Shown piece by piece: positions 37,501 through 50,373 of a DNA stretch of 64,000 nucleotides. The stretch is taken from positions 1 to 64,000 of the forward strand of contig KZ538257.1 of the NCBI GenBank assembly GCA_000934665.2. The letters are read 5' to 3'. Both the position numbers and the translations under genes were made by a program. Origin of the DNA: Catajapyx aquilonaris (Eukaryota). The notes below the pieces were generated by a model. The model had not been told where the DNA came from. It did no database searches and saw nothing but the letters and a program-made list of their open reading frames with translations. How positions within the stretch are numbered: the stretch's first letter is position 1; the number at the start of each line of letters is the position of its first letter.

Positions 37501-38321
37501 ACCTTTTCCCCAATGACATTTCGGATAATTAAGTTTCACAGAGTAATATGTTGAAATATTATTATTTCAGTATGATTTTCTCATTTCCGATGAGTACTGT
37601 CATATGCTTCGTTCTGATGGAGCGCATGGAAGGAATGCTTTCACGGACATGGGCTGCAGGTACGGTACCATTTTTTAAATATATACATAAAATAGAAGTT
37701 GACCTTACCAGAACCAGTATTCAAACTGTTGTGTACGTTGCTGATTACGTCATTTGAGACGGCGTGACGTCAACTTTGTTCTTATCCGGTCACAGTTAAA
37801 AATCCTAATTGCAATTATCTTCCTCAGGCGTCACAGACTCCGAACTTCTAGTGAGCCAACTGGTGACTCAGTACATATTCCTGACAGTACAAATAATCCC
37901 GGTGGTTCCCTTGATGTACTGGTACCTGGACCTAGTCGTGATGGACTCAATTCACTGGTTCATCATTCTGGTCATCCTGCAAGGCACCTGCAGCATAGCC
38001 ATGGGCATGTTCATATCCCTCCTTCTTCCAAGTCTTTCTATGGCCGCCCTTGTAGCCCTGGCCGTGTGCTTCGTCTCGTGGTTCTTGAGCGGTACCATCT
38101 GGCCATTGGAGGCCATCAGTATTTATGGGCTGAAGTTGCTATGTTGGGCTAACCCTGTAACGTGGTATACAGAAGCGTACAGAGACACCATCATTCGAGG
38201 ATGGAGCATCACCAATGCTTCGGTATGGCCTGCTTTTCTGTACGGCAGCTTGTGGACAGTGACGTTGTTCGTGGCGGCAGTCATCACGTTTCGGTACTCC
38301 AAGTTCAAATACATGAAGTAG
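34512..38321 (+). CDS. ABC transporter subfamily H half-transporter (NBD-TMD), 10 coding exons, ~688 aa
   Basis: Exons 34512-34627, 35519-35941, 36004-36233, 36450-36594, 36658-36862, 36942-37119, 37229-37344, 37421-37491, 37571-37659, 37828-38321. Motifs YALLGASGCGKTTLLSC, PGPRVGYMPQE, LSGGQQRRISFA, LILDEPTVGVD, TTHYIEEA and the ABC-2 type TMD LSGTIWPLE, all typical of arthropod ABCH. Confidence 0.92.
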
Positions 38322-41300
38322 AATGTACTGTAGATATCCTGCGATGTACCACTTTTTCAGCATTTAAACGACCGAACTACCTGCCACAAGGAAATACTTG
38401 TGATGAAACGGCCAGAACTGTGCGAGAAACACATTTTGCAATAAGTGTCTCATTATAAAGAAACAACGCCATTAAATATTAAGCTTTTGTATTTCATGCA
38501 TTTACTTGATTCAACCCCTATATCCATGTGAAAATTGTTTCAGATTGTGTCATCATCTAAGATAGTAGTGGATAGAGTCTGCCTTTTATGAAATGACTAG
38601 TGAACCCGTTGCCAAAATTTGGCAAAACCTATAATGAGTATAGTAGTATTCTTCACGTATAGATGGCGCATACTCCCTCTGCACATTCCTGCCACCTTTA
38701 CGTCGATAGCGACAAACATCAGACGGAGAGAATAAGCCTATTAAGAGAAAGATTATTATGAGGTGTTAAATAAATATCTATCAGACATATGCACATATCC
38801 TTATTATTTGGAAAAATTGCAATTTGCACTAAGGAAGCAAATTATTGTACACACGGTGTTTTCCCGTTTTATATGACGTGTTACAACAAGTATTCCCCAC
38901 CTTATCTTATACACTTATTTATATGACACGTGTTCCTAGGCGGCAATTAAGTTTAGGAAGACTATTCTAGGAAAAGCGGTGTCTGTGATAAGAATAAACC
39001 TGACCAACCAGTTTTTTTTTTCCTGGAAGTACCTATGGTAGTACTGCGAATCCAGAAAGACCGGCTAGTAATTCCGATGACCCTGCTCGAATGACGCCGC
39101 GCCGGTACTCGATTTCCGACTTCGACCTTATGAATCAATTTGCACAATTTGCAAGAGGGGATTCCCTTAGATTCGGGTAGTCCCAAGTGGTGAATTTTTA
39201 GGCATTTTTAGATATGATAACTAACAATCGTCATATGTTGGGCATGATATGCTAGTGTGACTGACCTTCCTGGACAAAGCCTGGAGGTCAGCGTGTTGAG
39301 GTTTACCTACTCAAATCATGCAAATTACCACCTTTTTGCGCGTGTATGGAAAGGTCAAGGTGTGTGGTCAGAGAGTGAACAAGACAATTATTGTCCGATC
39401 TTGACATTCATCCCTTTTGTTAATTATAGCCCATAATTAACGGGTCAAAATACATGCAGTGATTTATAGGTTACATGTTCAAGATTACGGATTGTTGACC
39501 TCAGCAATCGGTTTGAGCAGAAGCAACAGGGAATGTGACCTTCCAAGGGTACTGATTTTTAGAGTAAACAATTCTTAGATTTTTCATATGTTTCTTATGA
39601 ACTGGAATTTGCGCAGTACTTGGGTACTGACGATTCTACTCACGATTCTACTTATCCCATCGGAGCTGTTCATTTGAGGCGCCTGTAGGCCTTCAGGTGC
39701 CTGCCTCCCATTCAGGCATACCCTACCGCAATTTGCTAGGGATAACTACATTGTTCAAAATACATGTGCAGGACTTTTGGCGTCAACAATTTCGTGTGGA
39801 AAAATGCAGCATCCGGTGGGGGCTTACCCTCAAGGGTCATATTTGGGTAACCAGTTGTGACCACATGCTATACCCAAAAAATTCTTCGCCAGTTCTCCGA
39901 AAAACCGGGGGAAAAACCTCGCAACTGTACCTTCTGGTCGGTCAGAACTGGTGAGGACCAGCTTTGGCTCACGATTTGTGCAGAACGTGACCAAACCTAT
40001 ATTGTCAAGGGCAACGCCTACCGAAACAAAGGTGGTCACGTTTGCAACGATGCACAAGGTGCAAAATAAGTGCAAAAAAATGGCATCTGTTTTAGCTTCA
40101 TGTATCACTGGTACTGAGCTGATGAGTAGTGGGGATTTTTAATGTAATGCAAATGAATTCCTTGGTTGTAAACAAGCGTGACCTATGAATGATTGTGAAG
40201 GTGATATGTGACACGTATCACTCGTTATACAACATTAGGCGAAACAGTAAACACCATATAGCTTAATAAGGTTTTTATGTACACATTAATATACTTGTAC
40301 CGACTTGTACATTCTTACCAGTTGGATGGCCTAAACTGAAACATAAATAATTCTTAGCGTCTAGTCCCACCTTTGTAATTCTAGTCATTGTTAGGAAGTG
40401 ATATTTATTTGCTCCTGCAGTCCTGTCATGGCAAACCGGTTATATGTCTCAAAAGTATTGGCCGCTTTATGCATTCCTAGAAAAGATACAGCCTTAAATA
40501 CTACAAAGGACAAGAAAACCAAGCTTGAGAATGTCACTCGCCGATGATATAAATATACTGAAATATACTGTAATATTTTTGTTACTATCATATGCTAAAA
40601 AACAGCGAAAAGCACGGTTTTCAGTAAGCAATCTTTAACAAACCTATGTTGGTTGCATGCGGTTAGGATATTATAAGCAACCAACAATACTGCAAGGAAA
40701 GAGTAGCCTATTGGCTAATGGTTACATATATTTAACATATATATTTGGCATACTTTATGATATATCATGAAAGAATCAGTCTATTTTGCATTTCCTATTT
40801 TGGAGAAAGTACAGTAGGCCATACTCTCATCAATATTCCTCTAGCAGTTTCCCTTAGTCAAGGTCATTCAGCGGGAGAGTGGTGCAATTACTATCATTAC
40901 GCGGCTGATCAATTCTGCTAGGTACGGGACATTGAGCCCATGTTTTCAGTGTGTACGAAAAGCAATAATCAGGTCGAATTGCATTTTTATAGCGCACTTG
41001 GGGAAGGTCAGTTTAATGATAAGGAAGGACAATGCAGCCTTGGGAGGTCAAAGGATTCACTGGAGGGTTATTGCCTGAGGCGACATCTCATCTCCTGTTT
41101 ACTACATCAAACCACGCAAATTCCTTGTTGAAACAAACAAACTCATGACAGTAGATATGGGGCAGATGATGGATGAGAAGAAGTTTCTAGGAGTTTAAAT
41201 TTTGTAGGAATCGAACAATAGAAAATGTGCTGACAAATGCAGAGAGGTTAGAAAAAAAACCAAAGTGTTAATTGGGGTATCTGGCGTCTCATATTGTGCG

Positions 41301-41485
41301 AATTAGAAAAGCTCACTTAACTTGCACAGAAGTTAATCTCACCATGAGGGCCTTACGTAGTAAAAAGGTGTGCCACAGTAAAAATGCATTTACAACAATG
41401 AAAGTAACATAAAAAGGGGCGAATAGGGACAATAATTATTTGGGTTTTGTGTGTGCTGTTACTGTATGAATGAGAAGTACCTGGT

Positions 41486-41593
41486 GTCCAACAAGAATTG
41501 TCGCAAGCGGCAGCGCACGAACTACAGTCTCTCGTATACCTGTGCTCGTAGATTGTAGTTCGTGCGCTGCCGCTGCGACAATTCTTGTTGGAC
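41486..41593. repeat. Hairpin or MITE with ~40-bp near-perfect arms
   Basis: gtccaacaagaattgtcgca(a)gcggcagcgcacgaactaca ... tgtagttcgtgcgctgccgctgcgacaattcttgttggac. Confidence 0.75.
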
Positions 41594-41744
41594 TGATAGT
41601 ACAACATCCTTACATGGGAAATGGCTTTCGGCTAAATTATCCACAAAATTTTATATGTTGTAGAAAACAAGATGGTAATCAATTCTTAACATTGCGTCAA
41701 GACCTGAAACTCATAAGCTCAACCACTACATTGGGTCTATTTGA

Positions 41745-42098
41745 TTATTATTTTTATTTATTTATTTTACCCCGTGATGTCCCTTACGGGAGCTATAGGG
41801 GGGTGGCATACCACCATCAGTTTTCTGTATATATTTTCACTTCATTCTCCGGTGCAAGGGAACAGGGACAATGGGAAAGGATAGGGATTTTTGGGGAGGG
41901 AACATGGGTGCAAGGTGCAATGTCATAGCTATGGGTCATGTGCAGCCCCCCAGGAGGTTAGGTTGCCAGACACCTCCTTGGTGCAGGTCAGAGACCCTCT
42001 TGACGCCGGTGAAAGGAAAGTTCCCCAGGCGGGGATCGAACATGGGGCCTTTCCCTCAGCAAGCCGTGACGTTACCATCTCAGCCACCACACCTCCCC
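41745..42098 (-). mobile_element. tRNA-derived SINE (~350 bp)
   Basis: Minus-strand head ggggaggtgtggTGGCTGAGATGG (A box) ... atGTTCGATCCc (B box), followed by a body and a (TAAA)n-like tail. Confidence 0.7.
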
Positions 42099-42180
42099 GA
42101 CATTGGGTCAAATGTCAGCCTACCATTCCCTCAATTGGCTCATGAAATGTGGTACCAATGGAAAGGCCTTGATTTGATGG

Positions 42181-42288
42181 TTCAGAAAAACGCCACATGT
42201 TGACCCCTGTGACCTACAGGTTCCCCGCTACATCTGGTCAAAGATAGAAAATATCATCACAGGGGTCAGCATGTGGGGTTTTTCTGAA
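42181..42288. mobile_element. Short MITE with ~32-bp TIRs
   Basis: ttcagaaaaacgccacatgttgacccctgtga ... tcacaggggtcagcatgtggggtttttctgaa. Confidence 0.6.
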
Positions 42289-42892
42289 TAAGGATGGTGC
42301 CTTGTCCTTTTACAATATTATTATTTTATAAATAATAATTTTAGACAGTAATTTTTAAAAATCTTAGTCTGTAAAAAATTACTCCAAAATAACAGCAATT
42401 ATCATCATGTCAAGCTAAACATAAATAATAATAATAAATCATAATAAAATTATTATTTTTAAATCAACTGTTTCTAGCAGCTCATAGAGAATGGGCTCCC
42501 TTTCATGCACTGAAAAACCTCTATTTTGATATTTTTTTCCCATTTTAAAAATGCCAATAATATTTGTGTACTTTTTTGTCCCTATTCACCAAATTTTTTG
42601 GTTTGACATCTGTACAGTATTTTCCACTTTTAATAATTACAGTATTTAAATGCCATGAAAAGTTACATCAGACACCAGAATTCAAAAATTGTTCCACCTG
42701 GTGAAGAAAAGCATGTGATGAGCATGATAATTACATTCAATTACAATTTACAAGTGACTTACATTATATTGCTAGCTACAATGTAGTACATTATTGGCAA
42801 ATAATATTTAAATATGAACAAAGGATCTTTCCAGTTAGACGTAATTTCTCCTTGGAGGACACATTTTATGATACATCAAATTTTAAATGATA

Positions 42893-43790
42893 TCACTGGG
42901 AAACCTGGCTAATAAGAGCCCTCTGTCCTTCTTCCACTAGCAAACGTACCACTGAGGCATCTGTTACTAATCGCATATAGTCATCTGCTGAACCCATCTT
43001 GCACTCTTTTGAGTTTTTCGCCACCACAGGTGGCTCCTTTGAGGTACGAGCAGAAGCATGAAATTCCTTGACACCAGTTAAGTTCACCACCTTGTATGCA
43101 TTAGTAGGGTTGATCCCAGTGCCAGCCATTATAGTCAGCCTACCTTGTGACAAAGACACAAGTTCACGCATCAGTGGAATTCCTTCTTCTGCACTTGCGC
43201 ACTGAAAAGAGAGAACAATGTCACAATGGGAGTCTTTGTATTTTTTGCTATTGCCCTCTGAAAGTTTACGGATATGCAATTCAGCACCTGTCCGGATGTA
43301 AGTATTCGCTGGAATCCTAGGCAAGCCACATCCTCTAGAGCCTCTTTGGGACATGACGTGTGGTCAAATGCTCGGTGAAATGTAACTGGGAGCGGAAGAG
43401 CTGCTTTCACCAACTGGCAGCAGAGATCTCTGTCCACCGTCCCATCAGGTTTTAATGCTCCTGTCACCACTCCATCTGCTCCGGCCGTGCGGGCTGCCTG
43501 AAATACACGTGCTTGTTACTACTCTGATATTTACGTACAACTGAGCTTGAGCCAACCTGTATGTCAGCCAGCATCACCTCCGCCTCCGGCTGCGAGTAAC
43601 AGAAATCTCCAGAGCGTGGCCGAACCATGACAAACACTGGGATGTTGAGGAACCTCTTGGCCGCCTGTATGATGCCGATGGATGGTGTGAGGCCTCCCTC
43701 GGACAGCGCCGAGCACAGCTCGATTCGGCCTGCACCGCCCTCCTCCGCATTCAACGCAGATTCAATGCTGTCCACGCACACCTCCAACAT
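42893..43790 (-). CDS. CUTC: Copper homeostasis protein CutC homolog, 3 coding exons, 250 aa
   Basis: Exons 43790-43557, 43497-43288, 43201-42893. Motifs [60 protein letters not shown]. Confidence 0.95.
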
Positions 43791-44600
43791 CCTGTCCGGA
43801 CTGTCCCTTAACCTTCAGTTGAGTCCCATCAACAACGGACAAACCCTGTTTGGACACAAGTTAATCAAAATTAAAATTAGACATAAAATATCTTCAACAA
43901 CATGGTGCACTGATATGCACCCATTAATGTTATGCTAATTATTATGATGATTAATGCACAGTTATTATTACAAATATTTTTTTTCTGAATATCACCTGCT
44001 GCTTCCTTCCAACCAGACGATTTGGCAACTCCGCAGTGAGTTGGCACCACTGTTGGAACACAAGATCGTGTGTTCAACGTGTAGATTTAATTCTTTCAAA
44101 TTTATGTTAAAACTAACATTAATAATTATGTAATAAGATGTAAGTTGTAATTGAATTGTGAAAGTGCTGAATTTCGATTGGCATCCCTGAATAGAACAGA
44201 AACATGGCGGCTGATGAAAGGCAGCGAGAGATTCTCTTGTTTGAAACACTTTTGGTCTTTGATGGCCGGGTATAAAACGACTAACATGGGACTGAATGTG
44301 GGGCATAGGAGATTGAAGGTCGTGGTGTCAGCCACAACACAATCATACATGTGCTAAGAGAATGTTACATAACATTAACATTATTAACAGTACTACAATA
44401 ACATTGAATTTAACTGTTAAAGTCTTGGTCTGAACATATGCCTTATTAATAACCTTTTTTATATAAAAATTGAAAATCATGGAGCCAACTTGCAAAATGG
44501 AAAAATACTGCAGCATGCTGTAACTCATGAACGAGCAGAATACACTGCGGACATTACGCATCTGGTGGCATTGTTGTAATCGCAGGAAACTGCAAAATTA

Positions 44601-44659
44601 TACAGGGTGACCAAAATGGAGACATAGCAACCTAAAAGTGACTTTTCGGTCACCCTGTA
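44601..44659. mobile_element. Tiny Tc1/mariner-type MITE remnant (coordinates include the TA flanks)
   Basis: ta|cagggtgaccaaaa ... ttttcggtcaccctg|ta. Confidence 0.55.
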
Positions 44660-44894
44660 AACTGAAATGACTGTGTAAAAAGACCTTGAACTCGATGAGC
44701 ATTTTGACACAAGCATGATGAGGTCATCTTATCTTTTTATAGACAACAGCGAGCTGCTGATATGATGTGTGGGAATTGCACCCAGCTGAGATAGATGGCA
44801 TGTGCTAGTTGATAACATATGCCTCACCATTTTGACATGCTGCGGTGGAATAGCACCCTTGACAACCTCTGCGACCTGTAGGAAAGAAAGCGCA

Positions 44895-46074
44895 ATGGAA
44901 GCAGGCAATAGAGAGGTGAAACTGAGAGCCTCTGGTATGTTGTAACGGTGCAATAATTTATCTTGTGTTTCCGCAGGATGAAGGCGCCTTCGCCAACGTG
45001 CCAGATGAAGTCATGCTGAAAATCTTTTCCAACCTGAACAAGAGGGACCTGATCAAGACAGTCACTCTGGTCTGCACAAGATGGAGAAAACTGGCTCATG
45101 ATCCATTTTTGTGGAAGGAACTAACGCTCTATGGCAGCAAGTTGACAACGGAGAAGGCGCTGGAAGTGATCGGAGGAAAAACACAGCTGAAGCAACTGGT
45201 TCTGTATTACTGGATGTCACCAAGTGCAGACGAACTTCTCCAAGGAATTTCCAACTTATCGTGGCTGGAGTCACTTAGTTTGCAGTATGTAGCCATTAAG
45301 AGTAACGCTACTCTCGATCTAATTGTCAGTGAGTGTACGGCACTTAAGGCCGTGGACATGTATGGATGTTCAATTCCGAAGGATGTCAGGAGCCTCGTGG
45401 ACGTCTTCGCTCCTTGTTCCAAGCTGGAGAGGCTGAGCCTTAAAAACAATGGTATGCAGGCACCTGTAGATGTGAACGTAGTAAGGAGCTACAGTAACCT
45501 TCAGGAATTGTGCATCTATAAGCACAGGCTTGACGCAGATGTGCAAGAGGTAATACGAGCATGTGCTACTTCGCTTCGAAAGTTGACCTTGTGGAGGCTG
45601 GAAGAAAGAGAATCATTTTTATCACTGGCCCAATGCCAGAAGCTTGAGGAATTGTGCCTAATACATGTTCCCATAATGACTGACGCAGATCTTCTTTGCC
45701 TCAGGGATTTGCACCACCTCCAGTCACTTTCTATCACTTACGCCCAGTCCTTAACCACAAGGGGAATCCAGAATTTCTTTTTGACACCAGCTGCCAAGCA
45801 GATCAAGTCACTGGATTTGGAGGACTCGAATCTTGATGAAGCCTGCTTGCTTGCCATTGCTAGTAACACGTCCCAGCTGACTCACCTTCGACTCAAATCA
45901 TGCCGCCAAGTAACTCTATCCGCTCTTAAAAATGTGATATGCCGTTTTCCTGCGTTGAAGTGCCTGGACCTGACGTGGTGTGAACAGTTAAGTGAGGGGT
46001 TGGCTGAGTTGGCCAAGATGAGACCAGATATACAGATTTTGTATCGTGACATTTGGGATGTTAATGTAAATTAA
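44895..46074 (+). CDS. F-box/leucine-rich-repeat protein (FBXL-like), ~372 aa
   Basis: Probable exon 44895-44915 (MEAGNRE), 61-bp intron, then exon 44977-46074. F-box VPDEVMLKIFSNL..VTLVCTRWRKLAHDPFLW is followed by LxxLxL Cys-containing LRRs. Confidence 0.88.
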
Positions 46075-46410
46075 ATGATTGATCATGCTCAGAATTTTTG
46101 TCACAATTATTCGTAGGGCTGTGTGCTGGTCTGCAGTGTATGCAGTAAATGACATGTTTTAGGAAGGCATGGTGGTCTAGTGGTTACGCCATTGGCCAGT
46201 CAAGCGGGGTACATGGAAATTTTCAGCAGGATTTTTTACGGGCCATTCACTAGAGAGTACAAACTGATTAGCCTTGCCAAAAATGATTTTATTAATGTAA
46301 GTAATGATAATGATTGTCGACAGGAACTAAGTACTAAATGAGCAAATAATAGTAAGGGTACCAGTATATGATAAGTTTCTTGCAGTTCAGGTGCGAGTTT
46401 GAAGGCGTGT

Positions 46411-47638
46411 TCAGGAGTTGAACTGGGCATCATAAATAAGTTGATGAATTTGCAGCTTGACCAGAGCCCTCTTTTGAGGAAGAAGGCTCTTGATGGCATG
46501 TGCCATGCTGGCACAAAAATGATCATCCTCGTCCAGATCTTGTTCTTCATCAAGAATCTTCAGAAGTCCAGCCTCGAACAAGTCACGCTTTGTTCGCCTC
46601 CGAAGACCAGAAATGACTGAAACAAATAAATAGGTGGTCAGTAAGTCCACATCAAAATTAGATAATAAATTGTCAAATTTAATTGTGGTCCATTTTTAAC
46701 ACTAGTGATGTTCAGCATATTATTACTGTTGTCAAAAGTGAGTCACCTCTGTTATTATGTCGCGAGGCATTATTGGCTGATGATGATGCATTGTATGTGG
46801 ATTCCTCTGGAACTGGTGAGGGACTTTGTGCCATGGACTCCCGCTGGTCAAACATTGGTGAATAGGAATGAGCTGTGTGATCTGGCAGTATTATTGGAGA
46901 CGACAGGGTTGAACTCTGGGACACTTCTGATGGTGGAGGTGACAGCATTTGGCGCTTGGGCTGCACCGTCATGATGCATGGCACTCGAGAGATGAGTTCC
47001 ATATCTGCTCGACTCCTGCAAAAGAAATTGTATAGTTAATTTTAATCATTTTTTTTTTTGCCAAATGTCGATTACCTCTTATAGTACCAACGGGTATACT
47101 AACCTCCGCTTGCGCACATGGTCATCCAGGAAGGCCAGTGACGGACCCAGGTTCCACGGCCTCCTGCTGCTTGCCCCGGGCTGGCCCCCATCCTGAGCAG
47201 CCCCACCTGTACTCTGGCTCTTCTTCTCCCGCACATACCGGTCCCTCAGACTCTTCCATCGAGTGTGACACTCAGTAACTGCAACCAAATAGTCATTGTA
47301 TCCTCCTGAGACCCCTGGTACAGTATACTGTACCTTTGTTTTTTCCAGCACCTTTTGACTAACTCAAACGCGTAGAAAAAAACCAAAAACAAAGGTACAG
47401 TATACTGTACACCGGGTCTCAGGAGGGTATATGGGACATTGATGATGATTGTTGTTACTGATTCTGACCTAGTTAAATGTGACTCACCAGTGACGTCGAG
47501 GCTCCTTGCGATCTGGTGCCAGGCGTGGCTCCGTACCTTCGCGTCCTTATAGTCTCGATGCTTGGTGTCGTACAGACTTGGGAAGTTCCTCACCTCCGCT
47601 ATCAGCACCTCGTCCTTAATCATACCCGACATCGTCAT
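46411..47638 (-). CDS. MADF-BESS domain transcription factor (Adf-1-like), 4 exons, ~266 aa
   Basis: Exons 47638-47488, 47278-47104, 47015-46747, 46616-46411. MADF: LIAEVRNFPSLYD..YKD..AWHQIA..CHTRWKSLRDRY..W..LAFLD. BESS: DEDDHFCASMAHAIKSLLPQKRALVKLQIHQLIYDAQF. Confidence 0.9.
47301..47427. mobile_element. Second copy (opposite orientation) of the TA-flanked ~125-bp MITE, in MADF intron 1
   Basis: Same TIRs as 32110-32229, with the internal segment reverse-complemented. Confidence 0.8.
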
Positions 47639-48029
47639 TGTTCCAACAACACTGGAGACGACCTTGTGTGTTATACACCGGCGCAGTCTCAGATCCTCTC
47701 GAGAAAGGTTATCGACCAAGCAGACGCGCTTCGTTGCGCGAAAGACAACGCGTCGGCAATGGTCCGTCCGTAGCCTGCGCAAACGTGCGGTCGTTCAATC
47801 GTAATATGTGTGGTAAATTGCATTGTTGCAACTTGCAGACAACCATGGTGTAATGAGTAAATGAGGACAGTTACCAACAATTCAGTAGCAATTTGTGGCT
47901 GGCTCCACAATTTATTACCAAGACCAAAAGTGTTACGAAGTTGCACCATGTACAAATCATGTACCGATCTGGTACGGTTTGGATGTATACAATGCCGTAA
48001 AATCAGAAATGATTAATTGGGGGTAAAAA

Positions 48030-48275
48030 TTTGGCAATAATTCCTACAAATTGTCATCCGAATTATTGTACGATTTTTGGTCCGGATTTTCGTCCAAAAT
48101 ATTGTCGGCCGATTTGACAATATTTTGGACGAAAATTCGGAATTTCGGATTGTCGTCCGAATTTTTGTGCGAATTATTTACGAATTTTTGTACGAATTAT
48201 TTCCGAATTTTTGTACACACAATTTTGTAGCCTACAAAAAATTCGGCAATAATTCGTCCGAATTTGGACCAAATT
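48030..48275. repeat. Region of ~12-bp CGAATTWTT tandem units around a ~21-bp-arm hairpin (probable subterminal repeats of a DNA element)
   Basis: attttcgtccaaaatattgtc..gacaatattttggacgaaaat; repeated cgaatttttgt / cgaattattt. Confidence 0.55.
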
Positions 48276-49492
48276 GTACTTTTCGAGAAATCTCGAAATG
48301 TTTATTTTCAAAAATGGTTGTTGGTGTCACCAATGGCTTGAACTGTCCACTGTCCTGTAAAAGTAGAGCAGTTGGACTTCCTAGCTACCAATAATAAATA
48401 TTATATTATTTCAAAAAAAAAAAAAAGCTTCGCTCGTGACCTTAGCGGACACAATAGGCGGTTTTTGGTCCTAGAACACGTACGAAGAAGCCCAAACTTT
48501 CCAATAACGCTTGACTGGGCGCGCATTCAAAAATTCTGAGCGATAATGTTGTCATTATTGTGGGACCGCTTTCGCTTTTTCTCTCACTCTTTTGTGTCCA
48601 ATTTTGGAAGACTTCTTTTTTTTAAAAAAATATATATTATATGAAGAAAATATGGTTGGATTGCATGGGTTGTTGTTGTTTGGAAGTCGTTTGTGTTTGT
48701 CACACTGGTCGGACAGATTGCGATTGAAGGACCGTCTTCAAAACACAGACCGGACCTAATTGACCCAAGGGCAGGCTTCAGATGGGACAAGTTGGACACT
48801 AGTGGTTTATCCGGCCTTCAATCATAAAGTTATGTGGTTGTGAAGACAACCTCGTTACGTCAGTGATGTTCATGAAGGCGAGAAGTGACAGGATGGTGCA
48901 TTTTTTTAAAGGAAACAATGGTACAGCACACAGCAATTTTTTTAAAATTCAGTTGAATATAAGCATGTATTTAAAAATAAAAATTGATATGTACAGACTT
49001 TAATATGTCAACAACAATTCCCTTTAGGCCCTGATACATGTCCACAGACAGACAGCCATTCTTTTTGTGTATAGAAGACAATGTGTTGCCATAATCAATG
49101 TTTGCCCACAATATTTAATTACACAAATTACGAAACTATGCAATGCTGCAAATCAACAAAATATGAAAAGCTTTTACATGTACCGTCCTTTTTTTTTTTG
49201 CACAATTACTCTGGCTGCGGCTGCACACAGACTTGTTGAATTGTGCCAACCTATTCATAGATAAACTACCCTGCAGTTTCCAGCAGGCAATGATCGGGGG
49301 TTCAATGATCGAGCAACTAAAATGATGGTGCATTTGGGGCGTCTTCCGCCTTGGTGACGTAAGCATAAAGAGGAGCTCCCCTTTTTCTTATTATTATGAT
49401 TGTACAAGGGGTGGTCCTTAGCACCCCTCTCCCACTTCTCAGAAAAACTGTCCTTTCCCTCAGTTGGAGAAACTGGCCATTGATTGTGAGAG

Positions 49493-49500
49493 TATAAAAG
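49493..49500 (+). promoter_or_regulatory. TATA box of Gly-rich gene A
   Basis: TATAAAAG ~100 bp upstream of ATG 49599. Equivalent TATA boxes precede genes B (~55699), C (~58153) and D (~60903). Confidence 0.65.
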
Positions 49501-49598
49501 TGTGGTCCAGGAGTACATTGGGCGACATTGGATGTGATCTAGTGCTGAGGTTCACATTGGACACTTGGCGCATCCACTGGATACTTACCGCCCCCGAC

Positions 49599-50323
49599 AT
49601 GAGAAGAGTAAGTTGTAATAGTTTTTGCAATATTCAAAAAAGTGGTGGTCCTCTCTCAGGAAAATTTGGGGAGCAGCAGGTTCACATGGGTGTCGTTGTG
49701 GTTGGGATCTGCCAAACATTGTGTGTGGAGCAATGGCAAGGACGGACTAAAATAATTGGTTGATAGGAACAACAGGGACAGAGAGGCAATTAGTAGGTGC
49801 AAAGAACCTGTCATTTAAATTGGTAATTTTTTGGTCTAAAAATATGTGCATTTTCCCATCATAATTATGGCCTTAGTATGCTGATAATTAATTTTAATAC
49901 TGTGTAATTATGTTGTGTTAAAATTTTTGAGGTCGACGTTTTCAAAACTCCATTTCCATCACACTGTTAAAGGAAATCAAAAATTCTGAAAAAAATTAGG
50001 ATAATAACAATGATATGTATGATATGCATATTGTGTAAGACAACAATGACTTCATTGTAAAGTGTGTACTTCGCAGGCCATTTTTGCGGCGGTGTTGTTG
50101 TGTGTTACTGCCCATTATGTCCTGAGTGAGCCTCCAGTCAGCGGAGGATATGGTAAGTTCACATACTAAACATACTGAAGATATAAATGTACGAGTAATA
50201 TTTCCATATACTAATCATTATGTTTCATTTCAGGTGGTGGCGGAAGTGGTGAGTATCGCTGATCAGTCACATATTAAGACACGTATCGGGGTATACAGTA
50301 CACCAATGTGGAATAAGGGTGCA

Positions 50324-50373
<50 letters not shown>

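Noticed and set aside
39690..40070. Coding-looking Cys-containing stretch downstream of ABCH
   Set aside because: Stops in all frames, no coherent splice model and no recognisable family.
42015..42098. tRNA gene
   Set aside because: A and B boxes are present, but no convincing cloverleaf, and it continues into a body and tail, so it is called a SINE.
44935..44976. Alternative F-box first-intron donor (tctg|gtatgt)
   Set aside because: Out of frame with the F-box exon and gives only a 42-bp intron; the donor at 44916 fits.
46411..48275. Autonomous PIF/Harbinger transposon around the MADF gene
   Set aside because: No DDE transposase ORF or bracketing TIR/TSD found; the BESS domain indicates a host transcription factor.
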